Source: Klebsormidium nitens | Taxonomy: Eukaryota; Plantae; Klebsormidiophyceae | Assembly: GCA_000708835.1 (NCBI GenBank) | Contig: DF237163.1 | Span: 74,673 to 138,672, forward strand | Direction of reading: 5' to 3' | DNA length: 64,000 bases | Part shown: positions 1 to 13,389 of the stretch, piece after piece | Layout of the letters: every line of letters starts with the position of its first letter | Position numbering within the stretch: position 1 is the first letter of the stretch | Notes under the pieces: model-generated | Told to the model about the DNA's origin: nothing | What the model saw: only the letters and a program-made list of their open reading frames with translations | Database searches by the model: none | Program-made: the position numbers and the translations under genes

Positions 1-3000
1 AGTCGATTCTTGGCGGAGTTGGACGCCGTCCGGCCGCTGGCGGCTAACTGGAAACGGTCTGATGGGCTCGGCCAATCTGAGTGCAAGCTTTCAAACTCTC
101 TCCGTTACCAACATAAAGGCGTTAAATTTCTGAGTTTCGAGCTACAGCAAGCTGCGCCCCACCCTCGAGAGTACTTGACGGGCCGGCACCAACTTGATTA
201 ACACGATTGTCTTCAAACCAAGTGTGCCACGTCCAGCCGCCCTTTTGAAAAGAGTGCATCAAACCCATTAATTCCAATGGCGCAGTTGACTGAACAGGTT
301 ACTTCGTTGAGCGCAAATCCACGCGCAGAGCTTTAATTTGAGCTTGCAGACAGCTTGACCTTGATGGTGTCTCAGACTCAAAGAACAGCAGAGTACCGCC
401 GGCCCAGTCACGGTGGTGCTTAGCTCGACTAATCAGGAAGCACGTCAGCCTTCTCCAGCATTTTCAAGAATTGTGCCCATTCCGATGGACATTCCGGTGT
501 GAATCGGTAAGAGTGCTGGTAAGGTTTGATACACTAGTAGATGGCACCAACAAGGGCAGCCCCGCTCAAAAGATGCTGGTAAAGGCGACGGATCAACGAA
601 ATGCAACACAAAGATCAGGATCTGAATTCGGCTCTGCGCTTTGCGACTGCAACAATTCAACATTGGCTGCCTGATCGCCAAGCTTGCGTAGACGTCCTTG
701 CCGGCTCGATCCAACTACAGACAGATCTACAATCATATGGTGACAAGCAAAGCTCAAGGCCATTCCAACGGCAAAGTACTCGGTACGTCTAGCGATTTCA
801 GATGGGCTCTTGCTGACAAAACGAAGGGTCTACTTTAACACTGAGAAAGCTCGCTCGATCCGAAAAGTACATGCAAACAGCTGGGAACATATATGAACAG
901 AACCTGAGATTAAATGGTGACCCGCTCGTTTGAAGCGGGCAAAAGAATAGGATGGGGAGCGTCAAAACTTTCAGATAATTTTCTAAGGGTGATCAAGGAG
1001 TTACCGTACGGCATTCATCACCCCAAACGTATGACCTCAACGCCAAGCCTGGTGGCATCGTCCTTGCCGCCTCCTTTAATCATCGAAAAGCAACCACCTT
1101 CCAAAATTTCAGCTGAAGCCCGGGGGCCAGGTAAACACAGAGCTGTCAAAGGAAGCTGTTGGATTCATCCCGGCCCCAAACCGATCTCCACTCAGGCCGG
1201 GTGCTTTAATTTCCTGGGCGCATTATTTTCGTCTCGAAACCACGGACCAGTGGCAGGAGCGACAAACATGAAAAGCCTGCGAGCGCCCGGCTTTTCCGCA
1301 AGCGGGCGCCCAGAGCAGGAAAAGACGTCCGAAGGAAAGAAACGAGTTGATCACTGCATATTAATAGATGTTGACTCACGTTCTGCCTGTCCAGTCAGAA
1401 CGGGGGATGACGTAGAACACCTGTATTCGTGTGTCCGTGTCTTTTGCTTCGGAATGAAGAGCTCGTGCATGAACTGAGCACATGAGAAACAATACACAAA
1501 TGTTTACGGCAAGGCTAGTTCGGCCTCCGGCCTCCGGCCTACTGGTTCTGGAACCGGCGTATAGTTGATATGGCGGGAAGGCTGACATAAAATCCAGCAT
1601 TGGGCCGTAGAGATGTCAGTTTTGCGCAGAATGCAAAACGTTTTTAAATGCAGTACACGGCTCTACCACTTTTGCTTGGGTGATCGCTCGCTGGCAGAAA
1701 TCCGCACTGCCAATCGCACCCGTCATCCTTTCCAGGACTTCGATTTGAGAGCACCTGCTGGAGAAGCGCGAGAAAGGTTTCCGTTGCCCCAAAACGTCGG
1801 TGAAATGGAAAAGAAGACTCTTCTGATTAGTCCAACTGGGAGCACGCCCCCAAGTCAAATGATGATGAAGCCGCGTGAGCAGCGGGCGTGCTTGTGCGCC
1901 TAACTTGCGCATTGGTTTTTTCGCTCTTTCTCTTGATGAAGTGTACAGTTGGTTGATAGATCAAACGTCCGTTACTTGTCGGACTGCCGTTCGGCAGTCG
2001 GGAAAACAATATTTCTGTATCCTGTACACAGGAAATGCAAGACATGATGTGTCTATCCGTCCATCTCCATATCTATCCGAGTCTTCAAGTCTTTCAAAAG
2101 CTTCGTGGGCAAATCTGGCGACCCGCGCCTGTACGCGCCCGGACGTTTACATACCCATGATGAATTGGAGATGGGAGCGTCGAAATAGATCGTAGAGAGA
2201 TCGAGATCCTTCACATGGTCGTTGAAGCTGGGTAATTGGGCGACGGATCAGAAAGGCGACTTTTGAGAGTACTTGAAAGCTTTCCCTCCTTCAAACATAT
2301 GGCCAAGAGCTTCTTCTGATCCCCTCCAAAGAAGCCCCTGGACCTCAGGACTGACAAGGTCTTGAGGGCTCCTTTGGAGGAGATTAAGCGTCGACTTCGG
2401 CCTGGCATGCATTCGACAAGTCTCGCTTTTATCATAGCGCAGAAAAAGGTGTAAAGCGACGTCTGAGTCCGTCATGACGCTCGTCGCCCATTGGCTTTTG
2501 GTAGGCCAAAGCCGGGAACGATTCTGTCCTTGCCATATACTTTCGAAAAGGTTACGCTAAAAGGATGAAAAGGGCGTTTCTGACAATTAGATTGGTCAAC
2601 CCGCAAGGTAGTATTGCGGCAATCAACATGCGGACACTGTACACGTTGATGTTCACATCAGCATAACGAAGGAACAGTAAAATTACATCATCCAATTAGG
2701 TCCATCTAGAAAATCTCGATTCGGTCCACGTGGCTACGACCGGGCAGCGCGCGAGAAACGTTTGTAAGCATGCGACACGGCCTGTTGGCACGTGGCCTCG
2801 GCAAAAGGAGCATTAACAAGGAAGATTGTCGGCGAAAGCACTGACCGGCGCCTGCATTAATATGTTATGCTATTGCCAACGTAAAGGGCATCGAGCTTCA
2901 ATGGACCAGTTCGTAGCAGACCATCAATTGTAGTAGACTAAACGTGGTGAGCCGCTTGCGCCGACCGCGAACGGACCGTTTTCATATAGCAGACCATCAA

Positions 3001-3679
3001 GGGTCTCGCTAGACGACACAAGCGGCTCGCGAAGCTGAAGAAATCTCGAATTCAATAAGATCCTCAAGAGACGTGACGGCAACCAGCAAAGCAAGATTGT
3101 GTTCAGCTCTGTGAGAAAAGTTCACCCCTGAACTCAAGCAAGGACTCCGCGTACAGATTCAGGCAGCAATGGCCAGCAGCAGAATTCTTTCTGGGCCCAC
3201 AAGTAGAAGAGAACAGTGATCGTTGACTCTTTCGTCGGAGCCACGCGCAATTTTGATTTTGAGAGTCCGTCTATATCAATCAAATCTGAAACGAATCAGA
3301 AAGAAGAGTCGTAAGCTGAGTCGACCCGTTCCAATCTTGGCGTCGCGGTCAGCAACGGTAAAGGCTTTGCACGCGGCTGGAGTTAGTCGCCTTCATACAG
3401 ATTGCGCACGTGCTTACATTTGCAGCAGCCTTCATGTTAGTGCGGCAACTCTAGTCACGATCGACGTTCCACTGAGCAGCTCTCCTTGCACATTACAAAT
3501 GTCATTACATATCATTACAGATGCCCCCAAGCAGAATCCAGAACAAAATCCACGAAAAAAAGGCGCAGATTGCTACAGGCGATCTGCCTCCGAGCCTCTA
3601 TCCAAGACATCGAAAACCACGAACTTCCCGCGGTGAAGCAGCACGCTCTCAGCTTCCGGCCTGGAAAGCGTCAGGGAAC

Positions 3680-3925
3680 CGCAAATGAAGCGCGGCCGGC
3701 CGCGCGGCCGATCGGGACGTCGCGGCAGGCCGTGTGGACGACTGGATTGCGGCCAGCGCGGCCCCGCATGCGTACGCAGGCGAAATGAATCGGCCGGTGG
3801 ACGTCAGTCGCGGGCGGCCGCGCGCAGAACGGCCACCTGGGTCGCGGCCGGCCGCCACGGGCGATAATGGAAACATACTTCTCAGCCGCGCGGAAAAAAT
3901 AGGTCGCGGCCGGCCACGCGGCTAT
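3680..3925. repeat. GC-rich palindromic island with three GGCCGGCC sites
   Basis: GGCCGGCC at 3694, 3846 and 3908; 16-bp palindrome GCGCGGCCGGCCGCGC at 3690-3705; 14-bp direct repeat GGTCGCGGCCGGCC at 3840 and 3902. Confidence 0.8.
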
Positions 3926-6900
3926 CAAGCTTGGTGGCCGCTCTGGCAGTGCGCCACACAACGATGTTGGGTGTCGAGTATGCTCACAAAACCATACACA
4001 TCCTTCCTGGCCACGTAGTAGTACTTAATGGTTCAGAAGAACGGAATGTGCGCGATGACTTCACGTGGCTTGGAAATCTATGTTGCGATCACACATTTGG
4101 CGATGCTCATTCGAACGTCTCTGGAACTCTTGTCTCGTCCTTGCCCAGGCACGCCGTGACCAGTGAATTGGCAGACCCCGCACAGAAAGGTCGAAACGAC
4201 TTCAGTGTATGAGTCGAATCCTACCAGGCAGCCCAAGCACACGACTCTGTTTCGATTGAAACGCTGCCCCAAGTGAGACCCACATCAGGTTGCGTCCTTT
4301 TCTGTAGAAGTACGCCGTTGCATTACCAGCTTGTTCTGCCTTGTCACGAAAGGAGCACGCGCCATCAAGAATTTGAGACTGCTTCGAGAATGAGAAAGAA
4401 AAGCTTCTTGAACACCACTGTCAAACTCAGAGTCGAAGATGACCATGTTTTGCCTCTTTACGAGTCTCTTTCAAAATCTTGGTTCAGGTCTATCACCTGG
4501 ACTGCCTATACACAGGAGCCGTGGTGGTGCTTACACAAAGGCCGACGTCACCCGATTGTTAAGACGTATAAAGAGGTGAGTAATCATGCTTGAAGCAACT
4601 ATAGGCGGTCTAACGTCGGGAATCTAACACAACGTCTTCAACAACTGGCCCTTACGAGGTCAGCAGGCTCTGTTGCGTCCTTGCCTGACGCATTCGCACC
4701 TAAAGATTGTAGCACGAAGGAACGGCAGTGGAGAGCTGAACGGGTGTCTTGCAGCGCTATCGAGTCGATCAGGTATTAATCTTGGATTCAAGGGCATTCC
4801 TCTGGGCATGAAGAGCAAGACAAGGTCACAAAGGGAATGAACAGTCCTCGGCTAAGAAAAGCACGGTGGCATCTGAAGCTTTCGAGAAGCCCGGTCTGGC
4901 AACAATGATAATGCCAGTGTATGTCGTCGCTGCCGCACCGGCCGGGTCGCGAGCACAGATTTCACTTCAGGGCCGCCTTACATGCGGGCAGAATAACATC
5001 CAATAAATCTGAAAGATTCAGCCGCCCTCATGGTTCGAACCTATTTCTGTTGTCGTAACAATCGAGGCAAACCCGATGCGTGTGTTCAAGTGAAGAGTCA
5101 CTGGTTTTCAAATTTCCAGAACGGGGCTACTGGGCACCAGGACAGGGACGATAAGGAGGCAGACGATTGTGCGCCGGTGCCTTTACGAGCACCTGAAAAG
5201 TATCATCCGATCCGAAGACATCATTTCGAATAGTCGGCGAAGCTGTCATGCCTAAAGCGTTCTCCAGAACGCTCACATGATAGGACATCAAACTTTCGAC
5301 AGCAGGTGCAGACAGGAGTGATTCTTGTAGTAAGGCCGCTTCATCTTAACATCAAAACTTCAGCCGGGAAGAGAAAAGAGAGCACTGTTTTGACTGACTG
5401 TCCAAGGCTTTACGGTCCCTAGCAAAGCTCCCCGTGTGGCAAGCTCTCTTCTGCCAAAGCAAAGTTGTCCCTGCCAAGACTTTACTGTAAGCTTCGAAAG
5501 CGCGTACTGCCGAACCGTTCCGCAAGAGCGGCCTAGTCCTCTCATCAAGTTAACGGTTAAAGGGAAAAATATCCAGTGGACACAGTTCTTGTCAATCTGA
5601 GATCGGGTTTTTGCTAGATCCTGCACGTGAGCTTCCTCGTGCACAAGAAGAACATAACAGACCACATGAAAGACTTAAGCTGCCAAAGATTTGTTCAAGG
5701 TCAGAAGTCGAGCCAAAAAGACGTTGCTTTATAGACTGCGGTACTAACGAAATAAGGGTGCCATCAATACGGTGGCAGTATGGCAGGAGACGCACTGCCA
5801 TGATTGGCAAGCGCCCGGTCAGCTTCCTTGGCATTCAAAAAGCAATCAACATGTCGGGGATTATGAGACCAAGAAATCCTCGTCACTTCCACCGGAATAT
5901 GCAGGATTCGGCCGATCAAAACAGCCCAGAACACCTGCTAGAGAGCTGATCCCGGCCGACTGACTCGGCTGACCTACAATGGCGGAAAGCACTGGAACGA
6001 CCTGCCTTGGATTGATTGCGGCGCGCAGAAGGTGGGGCGGCAACGGAGCTTGAGGGATGTGGCACACAGACGTACAATCCTCGGTACGGATTGGCAGAGA
6101 TGGGGGAACTAAACGGAAGGAAAACCGAAAATGGAACGGAGTTCATTCTGCAACGCGATGGTGCGTGCAATCCTGGTAGCGGCTGGTTCTGCAGGCAAAG
6201 TGCACGCGCGCTGCGTGCGCGAAACTTTTCCCAACAGGTCTTTGCTTATGAATGACCAGAGAGTCGCACGGCCTTTGGCAAAATAGGACACCGGCTGGGA
6301 TGCTGAAAGCCCGTTTCTTCATCGTGCTGAGCACCGAGGGCGATCAGCGAAAATGTTTTCCTTGCCGCTAAACGAAGAGGCGTGCCGGTACTCGATGAAC
6401 TCCTACAATGTAAATCAAAAAGGACACAAAAGCGCTCAACGTACTCACATCGAGTCGGAAAGTACTTAGATGCGGGCGCGCTTTGAAGCACGGACACGTC
6501 ACGCGCGCGCGCAAGCCAGTAAGGTCTTCAAGAAGGGCCAATTCGAGGATGACCGGGGTGCATGTTTGGAGCCAGCAATTGAGCCCACAGCTTTTTCTGA
6601 AAAGGGTGACGAATCTAAGCATAGCTTGAGATTCGCACAGAGTTAGGGGTTCAAGGTGTTGAGGTCAGCTGAAGAAAACGAATCCCCATTTGGTTCAAAG
6701 CATCGAAAGTGGTCAAATACGTGCAAGCCTGAGTACCTCAGGCTAGCTTAACATCATAACGTATATCCTCTATGTGGCATCAGTGAACGTCATCCGACAT
6801 GAGTCAGACATTTCATCACTCTTTATGAGACCAAACATAATCGTCCTCGCCACAACCCGGTGCCCAGACACGCAACACAAATCTTGACGCGAGCTCGCTA

Positions 6901-9900
6901 CCACCCTCGCGATCACTAGTGCTCTAAACACAGGCGTTAGATATCGATCCGCGGCATGGCTTAAGAGGCCCCTCATTCACAAGCAAAGACCAAGCCCATG
7001 ATTGTGCAGCAGAATATCAATCGTTCTCCTTTGCCATTCTGATGAAGGCAGATGTTCATGACCAAGTTCGCCTGCCGGGAACATTGCACGTCTGGGCGGC
7101 CGCCCACATTCTCCAAGAGCGCTTGATTTTTCAACCCGAAACGTCCCCCGTTAATTAGTCCCCCGTTCAATCCAAGTGAGGAGTTCAGTGGATTTATTGG
7201 TCCTGCATTGGTTCGCCGAACGGCTATCCGCTGCCAAAATATTCTAAACAAGGCAGACCACATAATAAAATTGTAGTACGAAGGAGTGAAACGTTGCCGC
7301 CTTATGGTGAAAAGCCGTGCGCATACCTGGCCCGGCATGCTGGCGCGCTAAGAACAGCCTTGGGCATAGAGCGCAAGGCGTTAGCAGAGCGACAACTGCA
7401 CTCAAGTCATACGGTACATGAGCCAAACGAGAAAGTAAGGATGAGTCGGATGTTTGGATACAAAAAACAGTGCCCGGTTTCTTAAAACGGTGGCTCGGGA
7501 CTTCCGGTGCAGCGGCGCTGAAAACAATGGGCCGTGCCAATTAGCGAATATCCTAACGCGCTCGTCCTTGCCGCTCACGGCATGAAAAGCCCCTTATAAG
7601 CACGTCCAATAAGTAGCTGTAAACCAGCGACGTCAGGTTGTGCTGGTTCAAAGAGTTCGACAGCACTTTTTCCGGAGAAGATTTGTTGAAAGGACGGCGA
7701 ATTAGGAGTCGAGGGTCAGATCACTTCCGAAGTTCCATTAGCTGTAAATGTTTCTTAAAGGCTTGTTCTTCAAAACGAGAAGCGTACTAGTTGGCAAGGC
7801 CCGAACCCACCTGCGCATACGCGCGTGTCATCGTTCACCTACCAAACTTTCAATTTAAACGGCGAGTTATTGTGGAGTTGCCCAGCTATCAGTCGACATC
7901 TTCAAACGGGAGCCCCAGATTGCGCTGATCAGAATCGTCATGCAGACAGATTGCCACGGATCCTGAGCCTAAACGTTTCTGATTCTTGCGTGGTTCCAAC
8001 GTTGACGGTACTCCGTTCTAGATGCCGCAGTGAATGTAACACAGTGACAACAATCGCTGCAAAGAGGCTTTCAACTAAATGTCCAACTTCTATCAAGCAA
8101 TAAACTAACACGAGTGACGACTAGAGGAAATGCTCGCCTAAACTCGAAAGGTTTTTTGAAACTAAGTAGACAGTTCGGAACCCAAATACTGGCTCTTGAA
8201 CTTTGAAGTCGTACGAATTGTAGCTTCAGAATCGCCGAAGCGCCCGTCTGGCTCAATGGCGTTGCCAGGCTTCACTCTTCTCGTCCTTGCCACACTCGGA
8301 AGCCGCCAAAGTGTGGAAACCTCTAATTGATGCCGACAAGACGCCCAATTTTATCTCATGCAGACGGTTACGATCCTGAATGAATCGGTCGAATGTCAAA
8401 ATACTTTCAATTATGATTCGAGAAGGGCGTGGAAGACCTGTGCGAACAGGCTCCGACTGCTTGGTCCTGCAATACAAGCGCGAGCAGTTTCACAGCCCCA
8501 GGACAAGAAAGAGCTGGCACCGAACCGCCACGTTTCTATTAGCTACTTTCCGTGCTATTCAAGCAAAGACGATCCTTCCATTCAAGCTCGATGACAGCCT
8601 GCCCAAAAAGGGAGAAGAAGTCTCCCAAGTCCATGTGCATTTTTGGGAAGACTTACTTCATGCACCAGTGGATCGACGTCAGCAAAACATGGGAAATCCT
8701 TGGATATGGCCCGTTCCGAGTTGGACGGTTTCCTGCTTTGAAGCTGATTTGAAAGCTCGTCAGCTGTTAACAGTACGGTCAGGGGAGAGAGGGCTTCAGA
8801 AGATGCCACGCCCCGACTGGAGACGCCTAGCAAGCATCTGGGTACACGTCGCTATATCCAACTTCTCGCCCGGCTTGTCTGGTAGAACGGCCAACCAGGA
8901 AGGTTGAGGGCCCCGGTTGAGTAAAAAGGCGCGCCGATATATCGACACCTCCTGAGCTAGGCAATCGCCGAATTTTGAGCGTAATTCAACCCGAGGCGAT
9001 TAATGTGCTGCAGGCCCTTCAGCGATTTGGTATGTAAAAAGCAGCAGATGCAGACAGATCATCGTTGGAAGCACTGTTGGTTGCTCTGAACATCAAAGCT
9101 TCTACGCTGAAGCAGTGTTGATAATAGTGCGACTGCAGGCTGTACGCAGCAAGCAAGCCCACTGGGAAGAAAGTGGTGCCCCATTTCATACCCCAGATTG
9201 TGAGCTGACTTGCAAACATCTTGCCGGCCGGGGAGGTGCGCCTGTCAAGAACTTGAATTTTACGCGGCTTCAGCCCGCCTTGAACCAGTACCAGTGTGTC
9301 GATCACGTTACGTCCAGAACGTGATCTTTCAAGGCTTCCCGTCCCAGCCACAGCTTATGTAACGAGTCAGAAATCTCTCCAGTCAACTAAATGCAGAATC
9401 AGAGACTTTCAGTCCCTTCACCGCTTGAGGGTTTTAGATTCAATCTGGTTAGTGGCGGTCCCGAGATCGAGCGGCCTCGTATTGAATCCTTACGACGGAG
9501 CGACGTGGCATCGATCTTCGTTTATTTCGACAACTCCATTTGCGACCGCAGAGCACAGTCTCGAAAGCATACAGCAAAAAATCATTCAGCATTCGCTGAC
9601 ACACTGTCTTTATGATGGAAGAACAAGTCTTCAGCCCGTTGGCGGCTTCATGCATGCATCGTGCTGAGGATTTTGTCCACCTTGATCGGCATCTCAGGAT
9701 TCTTCAGGAGCACTCAGCAATAATCCAAGACGCTTTTTCCATCTTCGACTTTAGTCAATCAAAGCTTCGACTGCTGCTGTGTTGCCGCTTGAAGCAGACA
9801 ATATTGAGCGGTGGTGACGTGGCTTCGCGCATTGAACTGGAAAACAAGATGGCAACAGAAAGTTGCCAGGATCCGTACGGGCTCGTCATAGCCACCCGCT

Positions 9901-11188
9901 TTTCAAGTCGACAAGATACATGCTTCCTCCAGACTTCTGTAGCCATAACTCCGGCCCTCTGCTCATGCCAACATGATATAATAAGGACGGTCTTGGATCG
10001 AAGAATGTGACGCAACACACGAAGGCCCGAAGACCGGACTACAGAAAACATACTTCTTTATCCAGCCAAGAATATCTGACCAGCGTGTACTCACGCCGAA
10101 GATGTCTCGTTAACGCTGGAAAAGTTTACCGTCCATACTCGAGTGCGAAATTGGAATACTAAAGGAGCTTTGAAACTTGCGCACCGGTGATCACGTCCAG
10201 CGCCAACAGAACGGTACGTGATTGAGAAATTTGGACGGTGAGGATCGCACAATGTTCAATCCGGCTTTGATCGTTCCGAGAAACGCGAGAAAACTTGCGC
10301 GGATACGTTGAAACGGAGCAGCTTTAGGCCGCGCAAAAACCGATCTCGATATCACAGAGGGAAGACGGCGGATTTTGTTTAGTGGAGGGCCTTTAGCAGC
10401 TCCCACTCATCAAAGCAGCCAGGTTGAGACTGATCCCGAATGATTCTTGCATGAGCTTCTTTTTAGCGAGCTGGACCGTCCGTGACAAGGAATGAATTAG
10501 CTACAGGAGTCTGAACTTGCGCGCGCGCATACATGAGGGCGGAGAAAGGCGCGCTTCTTCCACAAGGCGCGTCACAGATAAAGGACATGCATGAGAGGTA
10601 CGCAGCTGCTCGTCCAAGCACACACTATTGACTACTGAAAGTGGGCACCAAAAGAGCAAAAATGGGCCAAAACTGTGGCGTCCGTATACTGACTAACAAC
10701 ACAATAGGCTACCGCCAGGTGGTTCTCCGTTAAAACCATCATAGCGGCAACTTGCCGCAATGTCTGAGCAAGTTAATGGCCAGGGCAAGCGACGAGGCGC
10801 GCTGGTGCAGAGCCGCCGAGTTTTGTGGCTATCAAACTGAACGCTCAGCTTCTGAAGTGACAGATCAAAATGAAACCAGCAGCGCCCAAAAAGGAAGACG
10901 TTAAATAACACCGCAGACACACCAAGTATTGAGCGCCGCGTTGTGAGCTAGTGGGAAGTACCACAGAAAGGTCGAGTTTTTGAGCCTCAAGCGTGATTGC
11001 GACACAAGTGTGGCAGGTCAGAACCTTGCCACCCATTCGCACGTTCATTGGCCCGCAATGATCTCTTTGATGAAGTGCAGTTATGTATCGACCAAGAAAA
11101 AGGGGCTAAAGAACCCGCCCAGGTCTGGATTACTCCCATATCTCAATCAGGGCCTCAAGAAACCTTGAAGCCTCTCTCACTTTTGCAG

Positions 11189-11670
11189 GGTTACGTGCAG
11201 AACGTTTCTGTAGATGCGGCGAGCTTGTTCGAGACTTCCTACGAACTCTAAAGAAGCGAATAGATGTGCCCGGCCGGTCCCCGTATTGGTCACAAACAAA
11301 CGCCATTGCGTTCAACAGCTCATGCTTCCAACGCCACGGTCGAACAGCTACATGTTTTGTTTTGGCGTAGGTCCAAGGGCTTTCCATAAGAAAACCTCTG
11401 CGGCTTTCAAGAATACTCAACACCAAGATGACCGGCTTTGTGGCCAGCTGGTGATTTCATCCACCTCACCAATTATTCAGCACGTACGACTTTACGGACC
11501 TCCGGTCTGCACGGCTCGACAAATTTTGGAAACAGAACGACAGGGAAGCCTTGGCCAAAGCACGGCAATCGGCTGACTGCCCATCTCAAAAGACTCGACG
11601 AAGAACCGTTTCGTTTCTTGCCAAAACGCACGTGACGCAAGGCCCTCACCCCAAAAGTTTTCCTTAGACC
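11189..11670 (+). pseudogene. Decayed coding-like relic of unknown family
   Basis: After an acceptor-like TTTTGCAG the frames read ...CGELVRDFLRTLKKRID... and RKPLRLSRILNTKMTGFVASW*FHPPHQLFSTYDFTDLRSARLDKFWKQNDREALAKARQ, interrupted by stop codons. Confidence 0.3.
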
Positions 11671-12550
11671 TGGCATTATAAGAGCTCGAATGAATCCAAA
11701 TATATGGTAGGAAAGTGCGAAAAAAAGGGCTGAAGCTGAAGAATAGCGAACCCAGACAAAGCGTATCCGGAATCGATTGCAGACTGAGGGCCCAAAATTG
11801 CCATTCGAAAAGAAGGCAGCAGATAACGAGTTCTCCACGGGATCTCATATGTGACTTCGAAAAGCGCCAGGAAATGGTGACTAGCGTGCAATCGTCATAA
11901 TCTTTCTTCCTTGCCACAGCTTCTTGGCAGAGCACACTTGGAAAAGACCCCGCCCCTTCGAGACGCAAAAGTGGGTTCTGAACGCGACATAGGCGTGAAG
12001 CTGCTGAAAGAGTGAAAACGGGGCCTCTAGAATCAAGTCAAGGATTCGAAGAACCCGCTAGGAAAAAAACCCGTGAAAATTTTGATACCACAAGGCTCGC
12101 GATCTAACACACTCCTAACCTGCCTGGCAAGTAAGTTCTTGCCAGATGTTCAAATTCTCTTTGCCCCGGCAACTTAACGATCACGACGAGCAGATATACG
12201 TCAATCAACAATCGAGAGAGTCTCAAGGCCCCACGCCTGCGCTCGCCCATTCTAGCTAGGCCGAAGCAGGGGCAAATACGTCTTTCGCTCTTGCACCTGT
12301 GCGCTGATTAAGGGGCGCTGAAGTGACGTCAACGTTCAGAAAGCTCTCTCATGAGCAGAACTGCGCAATGCTGAGCTGAACAAGACGACATCTTTTCGAG
12401 CTTGATCAGCTTACGTAGTTTGATACTTTCAAAGGCAGGCTTCTCTGCACCGTCCCCGCATGGTTTTGACCCCTCCCCGCTCATGCAACGAGCTATTCTT
12501 TATGGCAAGAGTTAAATGCTTCTTTCCGAAAGACTCTACAGGAGCAGTAC

Positions 12551-12859
12551 CCATCTCGACTCTGAGCTATCAAAGTCGTCGCCTCTGCCAAACCAGCCCC
12601 CCGTTCCGAGATTCCAAAGTGACCGTCTACTGGGCTGCTCCGCCCCCTTGGACGAGGTCGTCGTGTCGTGCTTCTGGGGGGCTGCACCAGAGCCGTTCGG
12701 CGCCCCCCGCTTGCGTGCGGACCGGGCGCGGAGGGAAGTGTCGATGATGCTCTCTGGTTCGCTTGGGGGGGGGCACGTTCTGCGTTGTGGGCTCATCCGC
12801 AGGGGTTTCAGAAGGGGATGCGATAGGGGGCTTGAGCAAAGCCTCGCTCGCCGGGACAT
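12551..12859 (-). CDS. Possible first exon of an unassigned minus-strand gene (MSRRARLCSS...RSLWNLGTGGWFGRG...)
   Basis: ATG at 12859, an open GC-rich frame, a possible donor TGG|GTACTG at 12550, and telo-box-like AAACCCT motifs just upstream. I could not link convincing downstream exons. Confidence 0.3.
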
Positions 12860-12899
12860 CTTCCTGCCTGCGAAACCCCTTCTTTTACCGCCGCACTGC

Positions 12900-13110
12900 A
12901 GCCCTGGGCCGGCCAGGCGCGCGCCGGCCGGCGTTGTGCCAGCGCCGTGCGACTCGCGACTAGCGCTCGGAGCTGAGCAGTGGATACATTCTCCAGGGTT
13001 TGGGATTTCAGGGTTTAGGCTTGACGCGTACCGCGTACCTAGTAGTAGCGCGTAGCAGACTCGGATCCGCGGCACGCCGCGGCCATGTTGCGCGGCGCCG
13101 GGCCGCGGAC
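12900..13110. promoter_or_regulatory. Putative bidirectional GC-rich promoter with telo-box-like motifs
   Basis: CAGGGTTT at 12994 and 13009 (the second continues AGG, telomere-like), GGCCGGCC at 12907, TGGGCC at 12905, and high CpG content. It lies between ATG 12859 (-) and ATG 13390 (+). Confidence 0.4.
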
Positions 13111-13389
13111 AATGCAGCCTCAGGAGTCATGCAGGCCATGGCAGCTAGCTAGCCAGTCATTTCAACATTCTTACACAAATTATCTGCATTATGCACTAGC
13201 AGGAAACCTGTCTGGAGAGGCGCATGGGTCAACCATCAATGTAAAGCTCCGCTGTGACTCTGAGTGGTACTGCAACGAAAGCAAAAAGACTGCAACATCA
13301 GTAGTAGGACAGAAGAAGCTGTGCTGTTGCAAGGGCTGAACAGTTATTACCTTGATCTAGTTGAGCATCTGAGAGGCCTTCGCCGCAAG

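Noticed and set aside
2727-2796. Two CACGTGGC (G-box/ABRE) motifs 62 bp apart
   Set aside because: No intact gene lies nearby, and such short motifs occur by chance.
2914-3000. 14-bp direct repeat TAGCAGACCATCAA flanking 59 bp, like a target-site duplication
   Set aside because: The similarity extends imperfectly upstream, which fits an old tandem duplication better. The insert has no poly(A) or TIR.
11450-11480. FIHLTNYS, resembling the tubulin-tyrosine-ligase (TTLL) HLTNYS motif
   Set aside because: The other TTLL motifs (WIxKP, KFDLRxY, FELxGxD) are not found in order, and another frame here is more protein-like. Probably chance.
13024-13043. ACGCG-TAC-CGCGT hairpin followed by CTAGT, like a Helitron 3' end
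   Set aside because: The stem is only 5 bp and too close to CTAG, there is no 5' TC end or Rep/helicase relic, and it lies in a GC-rich promoter.
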